Part shown: positions 9,711 to 19,400 of the stretch, piece after piece
Layout of the letters: the number at the start of each line of letters is the position of its first letter
How positions within the stretch are numbered: the first letter of the stretch is position 1
Assembly (NCBI GenBank): GCA_964473825.1
Contig: CAYYQL010000034.1
Location: 1 to 29,858, forward strand
Reading direction: 5' to 3'
Origin: an uncultured archaeon
GTDB lineage: Archaea > Asgardarchaeota > Thorarchaeia > Thorarchaeales > Thorarchaeaceae
DNA: 29,858 nucleotides
Notes under the pieces: generated by a model
The model's input: only the letters and a program-made list of their open reading frames with translations
The model's database searches: none
What the model was told of the DNA's origin: nothing
Position numbers and translations under genes: made by a program

Positions 9711-12608
9711 ATGACGGCAAGATACGAGACCGCAGTGGAGCCCGACGACGAGTTCGACGGTCCAAAGTCAATTGTCGTTCAGGGTGGCTCTGAGCACAAT
9801 CTCAAGGGCATTGATGTTGTGATTCCCCGTAACAAGTTCACAGTGGTCACAGGCGTCAGCGGTTCTGGTAAGAGCAGTCTAGTCTTTGACACGATTTTTG
9901 CCGAGGGGCAAAGGCGCTTCGTTGAGTCACTGTCTCCTTACGCACGGCAGTTTCTTGGCATGACTGAGAAACCCAATGTGGACTACATGTCGGGACTCTC
10001 ACCATCCATCTCGATTGATCAGAAGAGCGTGAGTCGGAATCCACGAAGTACGGTGGGCACAATAACTGAGATTTACGACTTCCTCAGATTGCTCTATGCC
10101 CGAGTTGGGGAACCGCACTGTCCTGACTGCGGCAAGAAGATAGAGCCGCAGACGGCCCAACAGATCGTTGACCGTGTTCTGATGATACCTGAAGACACCC
10201 GTGTCATGATTCTTGCTCCTATCGTAAGGGGCCGTAAAGGTGAGTACAGGAAGGAGTTCCGCGAACTGGTCCAAAAGGGGTTTGTAAGAGCACGTGTGGA
10301 TGGAGAGGCGATCGATATCGAGGAAGGCCTGTCGCTTGACAGGTACTTCGAGCATACGATAGAGGTCATCATAGACCGCGTTCGAATATCTCCTTCAGAA
10401 CGGTCTCGAATCTCAGAGGCTGTTGAAACCGCTCTTAAGATGGCTGAAGGAGTTGTGACCATCGTCACAGATGGCAGAGAACTGACTCTATCAGAACAGT
10501 TTGCCTGCGTTGACTGTGGTATCAGTCTTCCCGAGATGGAACCGCGCATCTTCTCGTGGAATACTCCACAGGGGGCATGTCCGAATTGTACTGGGATTGG
10601 CGTGATTCGTGAGTTTGACCCTGAGCTGTTCATAGAGGACCCCGAACTTCCTCTGAAGAACGGTGCCATCAAGACAGACAAGTGGCTTCTGAAGCGGAGT
10701 ATCACGAAGAAGCTCGCTGAACGATACGGATTCTCACTTGATACGAAATGGGAGGATCTCACCAAAGAACAGAAACATGTACTCATGTACGGAAGTGGCG
10801 ATGAAACCTTCAAACTGACATGGACAAACAAGAATCCTGATAGCGAGGTCCAGTGGGAGGGACGATTTGAGCGCGCATTTGAGGGCTTCGTATCACGAGC
10901 CAAACGGGTCTACAAGAAGACAAAGTCGAGTAGCCGTCGGAGGGACTTAGAACAACTCATGTCGTCTCATCCCTGTCCCGTCTGTAACCGGGGTCGGCTT
11001 CGGCCGGTTTCACAGGCTGTCACTTTCAATGGATGCTCTATCGTGGAATTGGACAGGATGTCCATCAAGCATCTACGAGAATTCTTTGACAATGTTGACA
11101 TTGATGCAAGGCATGAACCCGTTGCCCGTCCCATATTGAGCGAAATCATGGGTCGCATTGGTTTCTTGGAGGAGGTCGGTCTCGAGTACCTGACCCTTGA
11201 TCGCCTTGCACCATCGCTGGCTGGCGGAGAGGCCCAGCGAATCCGTTTGGCGAGTCAGATTGGGTCTGATCTCGTGGGTGTCACGTATGTATGTGATGAG
11301 CCATCTATTGGTCTGCATGCTCGAGACAACAAGCGTCTTCTCAATTCCCTGATGAAACTGCGAGACCTTGGGAATACAGTCATTGTTGTGGAACACGATG
11401 AGGAAACCATCCGGTCGGCTGACCATATCGTTGACCTTGGACCTGGAGCAGGGTCTGAGGGTGGTGAAGTTGTGGTTTCAGGCACTCTGGATGACGTTCT
11501 CGAGTCTGAGACCTCGATAACAGGTCGGTTCCTGAGAGGTGATGATGGTATCCCCATACCGGTTCAGAGAAGGACACCGAACGGAAGGTTCCTTGAGATT
11601 AGAGGTGCTAGACATCACAATCTGAAGTCAATCGACGTCAAGATTCCCTTGGGACTCTTCATAGCTGTGGCTGGTGTAAGCGGAAGCGGTAAGAGTAGTC
11701 TGATTGTTGAGACCTTGCAGCGTGAGCTTGCGCGGCGGTTCCACAATTCTCAGGAGAAGCCGGGTCCCCATGATGAGATTATGGGGGCAGACCTACTCGA
11801 CAAGGTCATTGTAATCGACCAGAGTCCGATTGGAAGGACCCCTCGAAGTAATCCTGCCACATACACTGGCCTATGGACTCCCCTGCGAGATCTCTTTGCA
11901 AGCCTGCCCGAATCGAAGATACGCGGCTACAAGAAGGGGCGATTTAGCTTCAACACCAAGAGCGGCCGCTGTCACAAGTGCAAGGGTGCCGGGGTTGAAA
12001 CCATCGAGATGCAGTTCCTACCCCCTGTTGAGGTTACCTGTACAGAGTGCAAGGGTAGGCGGTACGACCGTGAGACCCTACAAGTGCGATACAAGGGGAA
12101 GAATATAGCGGATGTCCTCGACATGCGGATTGATGAGGCACTCAGGTTCTTCGAAGGTCTTGGTCCAGTTGAGAGGCGCCTCCAGACACTGCATGATGTG
12201 GGTATGGGTTATGTGAAACTTGGGCAGCCTGCTACGACCCTTAGCGGAGGAGAGGCTCAGAGAATCAAGCTTAGCAAGTTTCTGTCTCGGCCCGCTACAG
12301 GACAGACGCTGATTATGCTTGACGAGCCCACTACGGGACTACACTTTTCGGATATCAAGAAGCTTCTCGAGGTACTGCACAGGCTTGTAGACTTGGGGAA
12401 TACTATACTGGTCATAGAGCATCAGCTTGATGTTGTCAAGACGGCAGACTGGGTTATCGACCTTGGGCCAGAGGGTGGAGAGGAAGGTGGATACCTGGTC
12501 GCCGAGGGATCACCAGAAGATATTGCATCGAATGAGAAGTCCTACACAGGCAGGTATCTTCGACCACTTCTCGGGTTTGATGATGAATCTGGAGGGACGG
12601 ACAAATGA
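9711..12608 (+). CDS. uvrA: Excinuclease ABC subunit A, paralogue 1
   Basis: Two ABC ATPase modules (GVSGSGKSS twice), 'AEGQRRFVESLS', Zn-binding CxxC pairs, UvrB-binding domain 'GFVRARVDG', 'DQSPIGRTPRSNPATY'. Confidence 0.98.
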   Translation: MTARYETAVEPDDEFDGPKSIVVQGGSEHNLKGIDVVIPRNKFTVVTGVSGSGKSSLVFDTIFAEGQRRFVESLSPYARQFLGMTEKPNVDYMSGLSPSISIDQKSVSRNPRSTVGTITEIYDFLRLLYARVGEPHCPDCGKKIEPQTAQQIVDRVLMIPEDTRVMILAPIVRGRKGEYRKEFRELVQKGFVRARVDGEAIDIEEGLSLDRYFEHTIEVIIDRVRISPSERSRISEAVETALKMAEGVVTIVTDGRELTLSEQFACVDCGISLPEMEPRIFSWNTPQGACPNCTGIGVIREFDPELFIEDPELPLKNGAIKTDKWLLKRSITKKLAERYGFSLDTKWEDLTKEQKHVLMYGSGDETFKLTWTNKNPDSEVQWEGRFERAFEGFVSRAKRVYKKTKSSSRRRDLEQLMSSHPCPVCNRGRLRPVSQAVTFNGCSIVELDRMSIKHLREFFDNVDIDARHEPVARPILSEIMGRIGFLEEVGLEYLTLDRLAPSLAGGEAQRIRLASQIGSDLVGVTYVCDEPSIGLHARDNKRLLNSLMKLRDLGNTVIVVEHDEETIRSADHIVDLGPGAGSEGGEVVVSGTLDDVLESETSITGRFLRGDDGIPIPVQRRTPNGRFLEIRGARHHNLKSIDVKIPLGLFIAVAGVSGSGKSSLIVETLQRELARRFHNSQEKPGPHDEIMGADLLDKVIVIDQSPIGRTPRSNPATYTGLWTPLRDLFASLPESKIRGYKKGRFSFNTKSGRCHKCKGAGVETIEMQFLPPVEVTCTECKGRRYDRETLQVRYKGKNIADVLDMRIDEALRFFEGLGPVERRLQTLHDVGMGYVKLGQPATTLSGGEAQRIKLSKFLSRPATGQTLIMLDEPTTGLHFSDIKKLLEVLHRLVDLGNTILVIEHQLDVVKTADWVIDLGPEGGEEGGYLVAEGSPEDIASNEKSYTGRYLRPLLGFDDESGGTDK

Positions 12609-15460
12609 CTGGTCACATCAGAGTGCGAAAAGGAGAGGAGCACAATCTGAAGACGATTGATGTTGATATTCCTCGAGATCGCCTTGTTGTCGTGACTGGT
12701 CCGTCAGGTAGTGGGAAATCTACACTGGTCTTTGACACCATATTTGCGGAAGGTCAACGACGCTACGTGGAGTCATTGAGCTCCTACGCTCGCCGTTTCC
12801 TTGGTCGACTGGATAAGCCGAAGGTTGAGAGGATCACGGGTCTTCCACCGGCGATCTCGATTGAACAAAAGGGTCGCACGAAGAATCCACGGAGCACTGT
12901 AGCCACAAGCACGGAGATTCAGGACTATCTTCGACTCCTCTATGCAAACATTGGCATCCCCCATTGCATGGAATGCGGTGAAGAGATGGAGCAGCTCACT
13001 GCTGACTCTGCAGCCAGATTGCTGCTCGACGAGAATGGTGGCCAGCGAGTGCTTATCATGGCTCCGGTGGTTCGTGACGAAATAGGGAGACATGAGGAAA
13101 CATTCCAGAAGCTGCGCGAGAAAGGATTTGTGCGAGTCCGAGTTGATGGCGAGATTCTTGACATCGAAGGTGTTGATATAGACGGGCGAATGAAACATAA
13201 CATTGACGTTGTTGTAGATCGGCTTGAGGTACGCCACAAGCGCCGTGAGCGGGTTGTTGGCTCCCTGGAGACCGCTCTCGAGGTGGGGGACGGTACTGCT
13301 CTGGTTGTTCGTGAAGGGTCAGATGATCTGGTGTTTGCTGAACAGCTGATGTGCCCCCACTGCGGCGTGCAGTATGACAATCTGACTCCCAAGTCTTTCT
13401 CCTACAACCGACCTGACGGTGCCTGTCCCGAGTGCAACGGTCTCGGTGTGACGATGGATATCCATCCTGATCTGGTCGTTCCTGATGAGGCTGAGCCGAC
13501 AGTCGGCATCTTCAAACGAGCTTTCCGAAACAGGAAGTGGTTGATGCGGAGAGCAAAGGCTCTAGCTGACCAACTTGACTTCTCACTGGACTCTCCTTGG
13601 AACGAACTACCCCGTTCGACTCGTGATATCCTCCTTCTAGGAAAACCTGAGATAGAACTCCATTATCAGACTGAGAGCGATACATCCGAATGGGAAGTCA
13701 AGCGAAAATGGAGGGGTCTGGTCGCCTGGCTCAGAGGAGTCTTTGAGAAGGGTCGAGGCAGTGAGAAGCAATGGTACCAGCGTCTCTCGCAGTACATAGC
13801 CGGGGAATTTGCCAAGAAAGTGACCTGTGCTTCATGCGGCGGCAGGAAGCTGAAACCAGTTTCTCTCAGTGTGACTGTAGGTGGCAAAGCGATAGATGAA
13901 GTCACATCTATGACGATTGAGCAGGCTCTTGAGTTCTTTGAGAGACTCAAGCTGACAGACCGGGACAGAAAGATTGCTGAACTCGTTCTCAAAGAGATTA
14001 TATCCCGACTACGGTTCATGGTTTCAGTGGGGCTTGAGTATCTCAACTTGGACCGACTATCCATGACTCTGTCCGGTGGAGAGAGTCAGAGAATACGGCT
14101 CGCCACCCAAATCGGTTCAGCATTGACAGGCGTACTCTATTGCTTGGACGAACCTTCTATCGGGCTTCATCCGCGAGACATCAATCGGTTGATAGACACA
14201 TTCTACAGGCTTCGAAGCCTGGGAAATACAGTGCTAGTAATTGAACACGACCGAGATACTATCGAAGCTGCTGACCATATCATAGACCTCGGGCCGTTAG
14301 CCGGAGTCCATGGGGGTGAGATTATTGCACAGGGGCCTCCGAAACAGGTTCTGTCAGATCCGAAATCCCTCACAGCTCAGTATCTCGCAGGCGAAAAGAA
14401 GATCCCAATTCCGAAGAAGCGTCGAAAGGGAAATGGTAAAACGATTCTTCTACGCGGCGTGAATACGAACAATCTGCAAGATATAGATGTCATGTTTCCA
14501 CTGGGCAAGTTCGTTGTTGTTTCGGGCGTGAGTGGCAGCGGCAAGAGCAGCATGGTTGACCAGACTCTCTACCGAGCTCTGGCGAAAGAAATCAATGGCT
14601 CGAACGTGGCACCAGGCCCTTATGATTCAATTGAGGGCGTTGAGAACATCGACAGACTCGTACTTGTCGACCAGAGCCCCATCGGCCGGACTCCTCGATC
14701 CAATCCCGCCACCTACACGAAGGTCTTTGATTCTATCCGTGACCTTTTCTCTGAGATGCCTGAAGCAAAGAAACGAGGATATGCACCGGGTCGATTCAGC
14801 TTCAACACCCGAGCTGGCCGATGTGCGAAATGCAAAGGAAGTGGAACGATTCGAGTTGAGATGCACTTCATGAGCGATGTCTACATGACATGCGACGTCT
14901 GCGAAGGGAAGCGTTTCGAGCGCGAAACCTTGGAGGTCAGGTACAAAGGCAAGAATATTACCGATGTACTGAATCTGACAATCGACGAGGCTTTCGAGTT
15001 CTTCTCTGACATTCCGAAGATCGCAGACAAGCTCCAGACCCTGAGAGACGTGGGACTCGGATATCTTCAATTAGGGCAGCCAGCCACTACTCTGAGCGGG
15101 GGGGAGGCTCAGCGCATGAAACTAGCCTCAGAGTTGTCGCGCAGAAGTACGGGAAACACGCTTTACATCCTCGACGAGCCCACAACTGGTCTGGCAGCAT
15201 CAGATGTCCATGTGTTGTTGAAGGTCATTGATAGGCTGGTGTCCATGGGCAACACGGTCATCACAATCGAACACAATTTGGAAGTGATCAAGACTGCAGA
15301 CTGGGTGATTGACCTGGGTCCGGAAGGCGGTTCTGCTGGTGGGCAGCTCGTAGCTGCTGGTACCCCAGAGGACATATGTGATGTATGGAATTCTTACACC
15401 GGCAACCATCTAAGATCCGTGCTGTATGCACATGATGCAATCTACGGTTCGATCTCCTAG
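12605..15460 (+). CDS. uvrA: Excinuclease ABC subunit A, paralogue 2
   Basis: Same full domain set as paralogue 1 (GPSGSGKST and GVSGSGKSS, LSGGESQ and LSGGEAQ, 'GFVRVRVDG'); ATGA overlap with paralogue 1; GGAGG SD at 12591-12595. Confidence 0.98.
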   Translation: MTGHIRVRKGEEHNLKTIDVDIPRDRLVVVTGPSGSGKSTLVFDTIFAEGQRRYVESLSSYARRFLGRLDKPKVERITGLPPAISIEQKGRTKNPRSTVATSTEIQDYLRLLYANIGIPHCMECGEEMEQLTADSAARLLLDENGGQRVLIMAPVVRDEIGRHEETFQKLREKGFVRVRVDGEILDIEGVDIDGRMKHNIDVVVDRLEVRHKRRERVVGSLETALEVGDGTALVVREGSDDLVFAEQLMCPHCGVQYDNLTPKSFSYNRPDGACPECNGLGVTMDIHPDLVVPDEAEPTVGIFKRAFRNRKWLMRRAKALADQLDFSLDSPWNELPRSTRDILLLGKPEIELHYQTESDTSEWEVKRKWRGLVAWLRGVFEKGRGSEKQWYQRLSQYIAGEFAKKVTCASCGGRKLKPVSLSVTVGGKAIDEVTSMTIEQALEFFERLKLTDRDRKIAELVLKEIISRLRFMVSVGLEYLNLDRLSMTLSGGESQRIRLATQIGSALTGVLYCLDEPSIGLHPRDINRLIDTFYRLRSLGNTVLVIEHDRDTIEAADHIIDLGPLAGVHGGEIIAQGPPKQVLSDPKSLTAQYLAGEKKIPIPKKRRKGNGKTILLRGVNTNNLQDIDVMFPLGKFVVVSGVSGSGKSSMVDQTLYRALAKEINGSNVAPGPYDSIEGVENIDRLVLVDQSPIGRTPRSNPATYTKVFDSIRDLFSEMPEAKKRGYAPGRFSFNTRAGRCAKCKGSGTIRVEMHFMSDVYMTCDVCEGKRFERETLEVRYKGKNITDVLNLTIDEAFEFFSDIPKIADKLQTLRDVGLGYLQLGQPATTLSGGEAQRMKLASELSRRSTGNTLYILDEPTTGLAASDVHVLLKVIDRLVSMGNTVITIEHNLEVIKTADWVIDLGPEGGSAGGQLVAAGTPEDICDVWNSYTGNHLRSVLYAHDAIYGSIS

Positions 15461-15505
15461 ACTCATACATCGAAGCCCTCAAGTTCTGGAGCGCTTTTCG
15501 CAGGA

Positions 15506-17326
15506 GTGAGAGATTTGTCAGAAATCGAGAAACTTGTCAACGATCTTCCCGCCTCACCGGGTATCTACATCTGGAAGGATAGTGAGGGCAATATTCTCTA
15601 CATCGGCAAGTCGAAAGAGCTTCGAAAACGCGTCCAGTCTTATCTCCGTCTTAGTGGTCTTGACAGAAGACGATGGGAGATGATGCAGAGCGCAAGTGAC
15701 CTTGAAACCATCCTGACAAACACGGAGAAAGAGGCTCTGCTTCTAGAGGCCACTCTCATTCAGAAGCATAGACCAAAGTACAATATATCGCTCAAGGATG
15801 ACAGAAGACACGCGTGGATTAGAGTGGACCTGAACGCCGAGATTCCCACGTTCAGTGTGACACGAGAAGTGGAGAAGGATGGTGCTTCATACTACGGTCC
15901 CTACGGGAGCACAAAGCGTGTGGAGCGATTTCTGGATACCCTGAGAAAGTACATTCCTATCGCAATGTGCACAGGTCCTGAAAGTGTCAGACGAGAGTGC
16001 ATGGACTTTCATCTCGGGCGATGTGTTGGTCCTTGCAAGGAACGTGAACCTCCTGAGGAATACAGGTCCCTTGTTGAGCAGATGTGTCTGTATCTTGAGG
16101 GCGAACAAGAGAAGCTTGTTGCTCTCTTGGACCAGAAGATGACCCGAGCGGCAAAGAATCTGGAGTATGAGACGGCTGCGGAGCTCCGTGACAGGATTCG
16201 AGACATCGAGATTCTCATGAGCCGACAACGAGTTGTCGAGGCCAATGGCATAAGCCGCGATGCACTCGGTATGTCAAGAACCGAACAAGCTTCGCTCATC
16301 GAGGTGTTGGTCGTCCGGGGCGGCCGATTGATTGGTCATGATTCGTTTTACTTTGAGATTGACATGGAGACCTCCGACACAGAGCTTCTCACTACGTTCA
16401 TCGAGCAGTTCTACTTCACACTTCCACAGCTCCCTGAAGAGATTCTTCTTCCCATAGACATCCCTGAAAGAGAACAGCTTGCTGAGTGGATGGGTGAGAA
16501 TGTGGACACGCCTGTGAGAATCCTGGTTCCACAGCAGGGTCAAGAAATGGATCTCATAGAGATGGCGAACAGAAATGCTTACCGGGCCCTGAGAAAGATC
16601 CTTATTCTCGGAGACAGTGAAGAAGAGATAGTCCATGATGGTGTTAAGGAGCTCAAGATGGCTCTTGACCTTCGACATGCCCCGATGCACATCGAAGGGT
16701 TTGACGTCGCAAATATCCAAGGAACTGATCCGACTGGCTCCTGTGTTGTATTCATGAACGGTGAACCGGAAAACAGTCAATATCGCATGTTCCGCATTCG
16801 CGTGAAAGACACCCCCGACGATTATGCCATGATGCAGGAAGTTGTCTATCGGAGATACCGTGGTGTCCTTGAGCGCGGGAAGAAACTGCCTGACCTGATT
16901 CTAGTAGACGGTGGCAAGGGGCAGTTGAATGTCACACTGCGAGCTCTCCAAGAGCTGGGGCTGGACTATGTGCCATTGGCCTCCATCGCGAAGCAGGACG
17001 AAATCCTTTTCACCAAAGAACACGAGGAGGGCATAGCTCTCGATTTTGATTCGGAAGCTCTTCACTTGGTTCAGCAAGTTCGAGATGAGGCACATCGTTT
17101 CGCACAGAGATACCATCACAAGCTTCGAGAGAAGAGATTCACGGGGTCCATTCTGGAGGAGGCACCCGGGATCGGTCCCAAGAGGCGTGCTGCTCTACTC
17201 AGATTCTTCGGCAGTTATGACAGGGTAAGGCAGGCCTCTATGGATGAGCTGGCCGCGGCAGATGGGATGACTGAAACGACTGCGAGAAACCTCAGAGAAT
17301 GGTTGGACGCCAAGGATCCCCTTTAG
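15506..17326 (+). CDS. uvrC: Excinuclease ABC subunit C
   Basis: GIY-YIG ('PGIY...LYIGKSK'), Cys cluster 'C...CMDFHLGRCVGPC', UVR domain, RNase H-like 'IEGFD...DDY...DGGKGQ...RDEAHRFA', HhH 'PGIGPKRR'; TTG 15515 is an alternative start with better SD spacing. Confidence 0.98.
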   Translation: MRDLSEIEKLVNDLPASPGIYIWKDSEGNILYIGKSKELRKRVQSYLRLSGLDRRRWEMMQSASDLETILTNTEKEALLLEATLIQKHRPKYNISLKDDRRHAWIRVDLNAEIPTFSVTREVEKDGASYYGPYGSTKRVERFLDTLRKYIPIAMCTGPESVRRECMDFHLGRCVGPCKEREPPEEYRSLVEQMCLYLEGEQEKLVALLDQKMTRAAKNLEYETAAELRDRIRDIEILMSRQRVVEANGISRDALGMSRTEQASLIEVLVVRGGRLIGHDSFYFEIDMETSDTELLTTFIEQFYFTLPQLPEEILLPIDIPEREQLAEWMGENVDTPVRILVPQQGQEMDLIEMANRNAYRALRKILILGDSEEEIVHDGVKELKMALDLRHAPMHIEGFDVANIQGTDPTGSCVVFMNGEPENSQYRMFRIRVKDTPDDYAMMQEVVYRRYRGVLERGKKLPDLILVDGGKGQLNVTLRALQELGLDYVPLASIAKQDEILFTKEHEEGIALDFDSEALHLVQQVRDEAHRFAQRYHHKLREKRFTGSILEEAPGIGPKRRAALLRFFGSYDRVRQASMDELAAADGMTETTARNLREWLDAKDPL

Positions 17327-17469
17327 CTAGGAGGAAGATCATCTTCCAAGAATTCGCGCCGGAGAGATGAGCCAAGTCATGAACACGCGCTCTTGGGCCC
17401 AGAGCAGTGAGATGATTTGACATAAGAATTGCTGCGAGCTCAGGACTCTGCAATCCAATGACAAAAGCC

Positions 17470-18903
17470 TCATTGCTTCTCTTTCGCAAGTTGATTGAGT
17501 TTTTCCACCCTAATCCGTTGTCTTCTGCTTCTCTTTCTTCCGTACAGTATGTATAGTAAGAGTCCAACAACTGCCAGCAATCCACCGGAGAATAACGATT
17601 CCATGTTCAGAAAGGGAACCAGAATCAGACAAGTAACCACTCCCACTATCGGGAACAAGGGATAGAACCTCGCCTTGAAAGTTCCCGGAACGCTTAGATT
17701 CTTGGTCCTTAGCAAAATGACCGAGGCGTTCACAAATGTGAGACCGATTAGGTAGCCGAAATTTGATAGTCCAACCACGTAGATGACGTTTCCCGAAGCA
17801 GCAAAGATGCTGACCAGAATTAGCGTCAGCACCAAGGCAGGAAGTGGCGTCTTGAATCTGGGACTAACCCTATCAAGAACGGTTGGGAAGCATCGATCAC
17901 GTCCCAATGAGTAGGCCACTCTTGTCGCAGCTAAGAACGTGGCATTCAACGCAGCGTAATTGGAGGCCGCCATGCCAGCCAGTCCCAGTGCAAAAGCACC
18001 GGGCCCCAACATCACTCCATAGACATAAGCGATGGGAGTATAGGTGTCCTGGACGTCGGTATAAGGAACGACACCGACTATCACGAGTGATGCAACCATG
18101 TAGATTGCTGTTGCTATGAGTAATGTCAGAAGAATCGCTCGAGGAATATTCTTTGCTGGATTCTTGACCTCTTCGCCCACAGTAGTGATGAGTTCTATTC
18201 CTACGAAGCTGATGTATAGAAAGCTCACTGCCTCCATGAAGATGATCGGTGTGGTTCCTGGTTTGAAGAAGGGTTCAATATTGGCAGGTTGAATGAAGAC
18301 AAAACCAAAGAATATGAATGAGAAGAGGACTACCACCTGTAGGACATTCAGAAGTCCCAGAGTACGACTAACTCCCCCGATACTGACGACGTTTGTTATG
18401 AAAGTGATAGCGATGACGACTATGGCAATCAGACCAATCGTCGCCTCTGTGCTTTCAGGAATGAAGACTGCGAGGGTGTGAGCAACTCCGATTGCGTATA
18501 CGCCGCAGCCAACAAGACTGCCTATGAATAAGAACCAACCAGTTAGGAACCCTGGAAAACCGCCGCAAGTATCATTCACATAGGTGTAACCTCCTCCCTG
18601 TTTGGGAATAGAAGCGGCAAGTTCTGAGTAATTGACTGCTGAGAATAGGGTCATCAATCCCGTGATGAAGTAGGCGAGGATAATTGAAGGTCCTATCATC
18701 CCTGCGGCAGCTCCTGAAACCACATATATCCCGCCGCCGAGTATGGCTCCGAGTCCGATATTCGTCGCCCCTGCTAGACCCAGACGTCTGTCGAACACTT
18801 CGGTTTTTTCGTTTGGCTCTTTGTGCAATTCAGGTCGCCGCCAGTATGATCCATGGGTACTGCTCTGTCCGAGTTTCGGATATGCTATTCTCCGAGCGGC
18901 CAA
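17470..18903 (-). CDS. APC-family amino acid permease
   Basis: 'IGLGAILGGGIYV', 'YSELAASIPKQGGGY', 'GEEVKNPAKNIPRAI', about 12 TM segments; start uncertain. Confidence 0.93.
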   Translation of the reverse strand: MAARRIAYPKLGQSSTHGSYWRRPELHKEPNEKTEVFDRRLGLAGATNIGLGAILGGGIYVVSGAAAGMIGPSIILAYFITGLMTLFSAVNYSELAASIPKQGGGYTYVNDTCGGFPGFLTGWFLFIGSLVGCGVYAIGVAHTLAVFIPESTEATIGLIAIVVIAITFITNVVSIGGVSRTLGLLNVLQVVVLFSFIFFGFVFIQPANIEPFFKPGTTPIIFMEAVSFLYISFVGIELITTVGEEVKNPAKNIPRAILLTLLIATAIYMVASLVIVGVVPYTDVQDTYTPIAYVYGVMLGPGAFALGLAGMAASNYAALNATFLAATRVAYSLGRDRCFPTVLDRVSPRFKTPLPALVLTLILVSIFAASGNVIYVVGLSNFGYLIGLTFVNASVILLRTKNLSVPGTFKARFYPLFPIVGVVTCLILVPFLNMESLFSGGLLAVVGLLLYILYGRKRSRRQRIRVEKLNQLAKEKQ

Positions 18904-19026
18904 AGTGGTGCTTTTTGAAGTTTTTGCATTGAATGTGTGTGATTCAGCAACAGGCTGTGGGAGGAAGTCATCCGGGAGAGTGAGGATATGCCGAATTAAC
19001 CCGTACCCTGAAGTTTAAATGCAAGA

Positions 19027-19071
19027 CATCAGGGCATCTGCATAGATGGACCTCAATAAGAGGTCTTGATG
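19027..19071 (+). promoter_or_regulatory. Nested inverted repeats upstream of ferredoxin (operator pair or three-way-junction RNA)
   Basis: CATCT-GCAT-AGATG (19035-19048) and GACCTC-AATAA-GAGGTC (19049-19065) enclosed by CATCAG/TTGATG; TTTAAAT TATA-like box at 19014-19020. Confidence 0.4.
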
Positions 19072-19087
19072 GTAGAGTGACAAAACA

Positions 19088-19270
19088 ATGATTTGGAAAG
19101 TAACTGATGCTTGCACGGCCTGTGGGACTTGCGCTGATGTCTGCCCTGTCGATCCGACTCTGTATGTGATTGAAGATGTGGCAGTCTACCTGGTTGATCG
19201 CGAAGACGAATGCACAGAGTGTTATGCGTGCGTGGACAGCTGCCCAGAGGGTGCAATCGAAGAAGCATAG
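19088..19270 (+). CDS. 2[4Fe-4S] ferredoxin
   Basis: Two CxxCxxCxxxCP motifs (CTACGTCADVCP; CTECYACVDSCP), 60 aa, acidic. Confidence 0.95.
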   Translation: MIWKVTDACTACGTCADVCPVDPTLYVIEDVAVYLVDREDECTECYACVDSCPEGAIEEA

Positions 19271-19317
19271 GCTCATTGGGTTTCCTGCGCCTCAGCAGGA
19301 CCGAGAATCATTGCAGG

Positions 19318-19362
19318 AGCGGACGGGGGTGTCTCCGATATTGTTAGATACTCCTGTCTGCT
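19318..19362 (+). terminator. 17-bp RNA hairpin in ferredoxin 3' region (terminator or stability element)
   Basis: AGCGGACGGGGGTGTCT (19318-19334) pairs without interruption with AGATACTCCTGTCTGCT (19346-19362) using four G-U wobbles; lies between convergent genes. Confidence 0.6.
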
Positions 19363-19400
19363 AATACCGTTCTGTTATCCTAGAGCGTAAGGATGCGAAT

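Noticed and set aside
12584-12608. uvrA1 and uvrA2 as one frameshifted double-length UvrA
   Set aside because: The uvrA2 frame has a TGA at 12584-12586, leaving only a few open codons upstream; there is no slippery heptamer; the GGAGG SD and ATGA overlap fit two coupled genes
8701-16780. Many long antisense ORFs within the uvr genes (e.g. 10094-10903, 269 aa)
   Set aside because: Ser/Arg-rich shadows expected opposite well-conserved coding sequence
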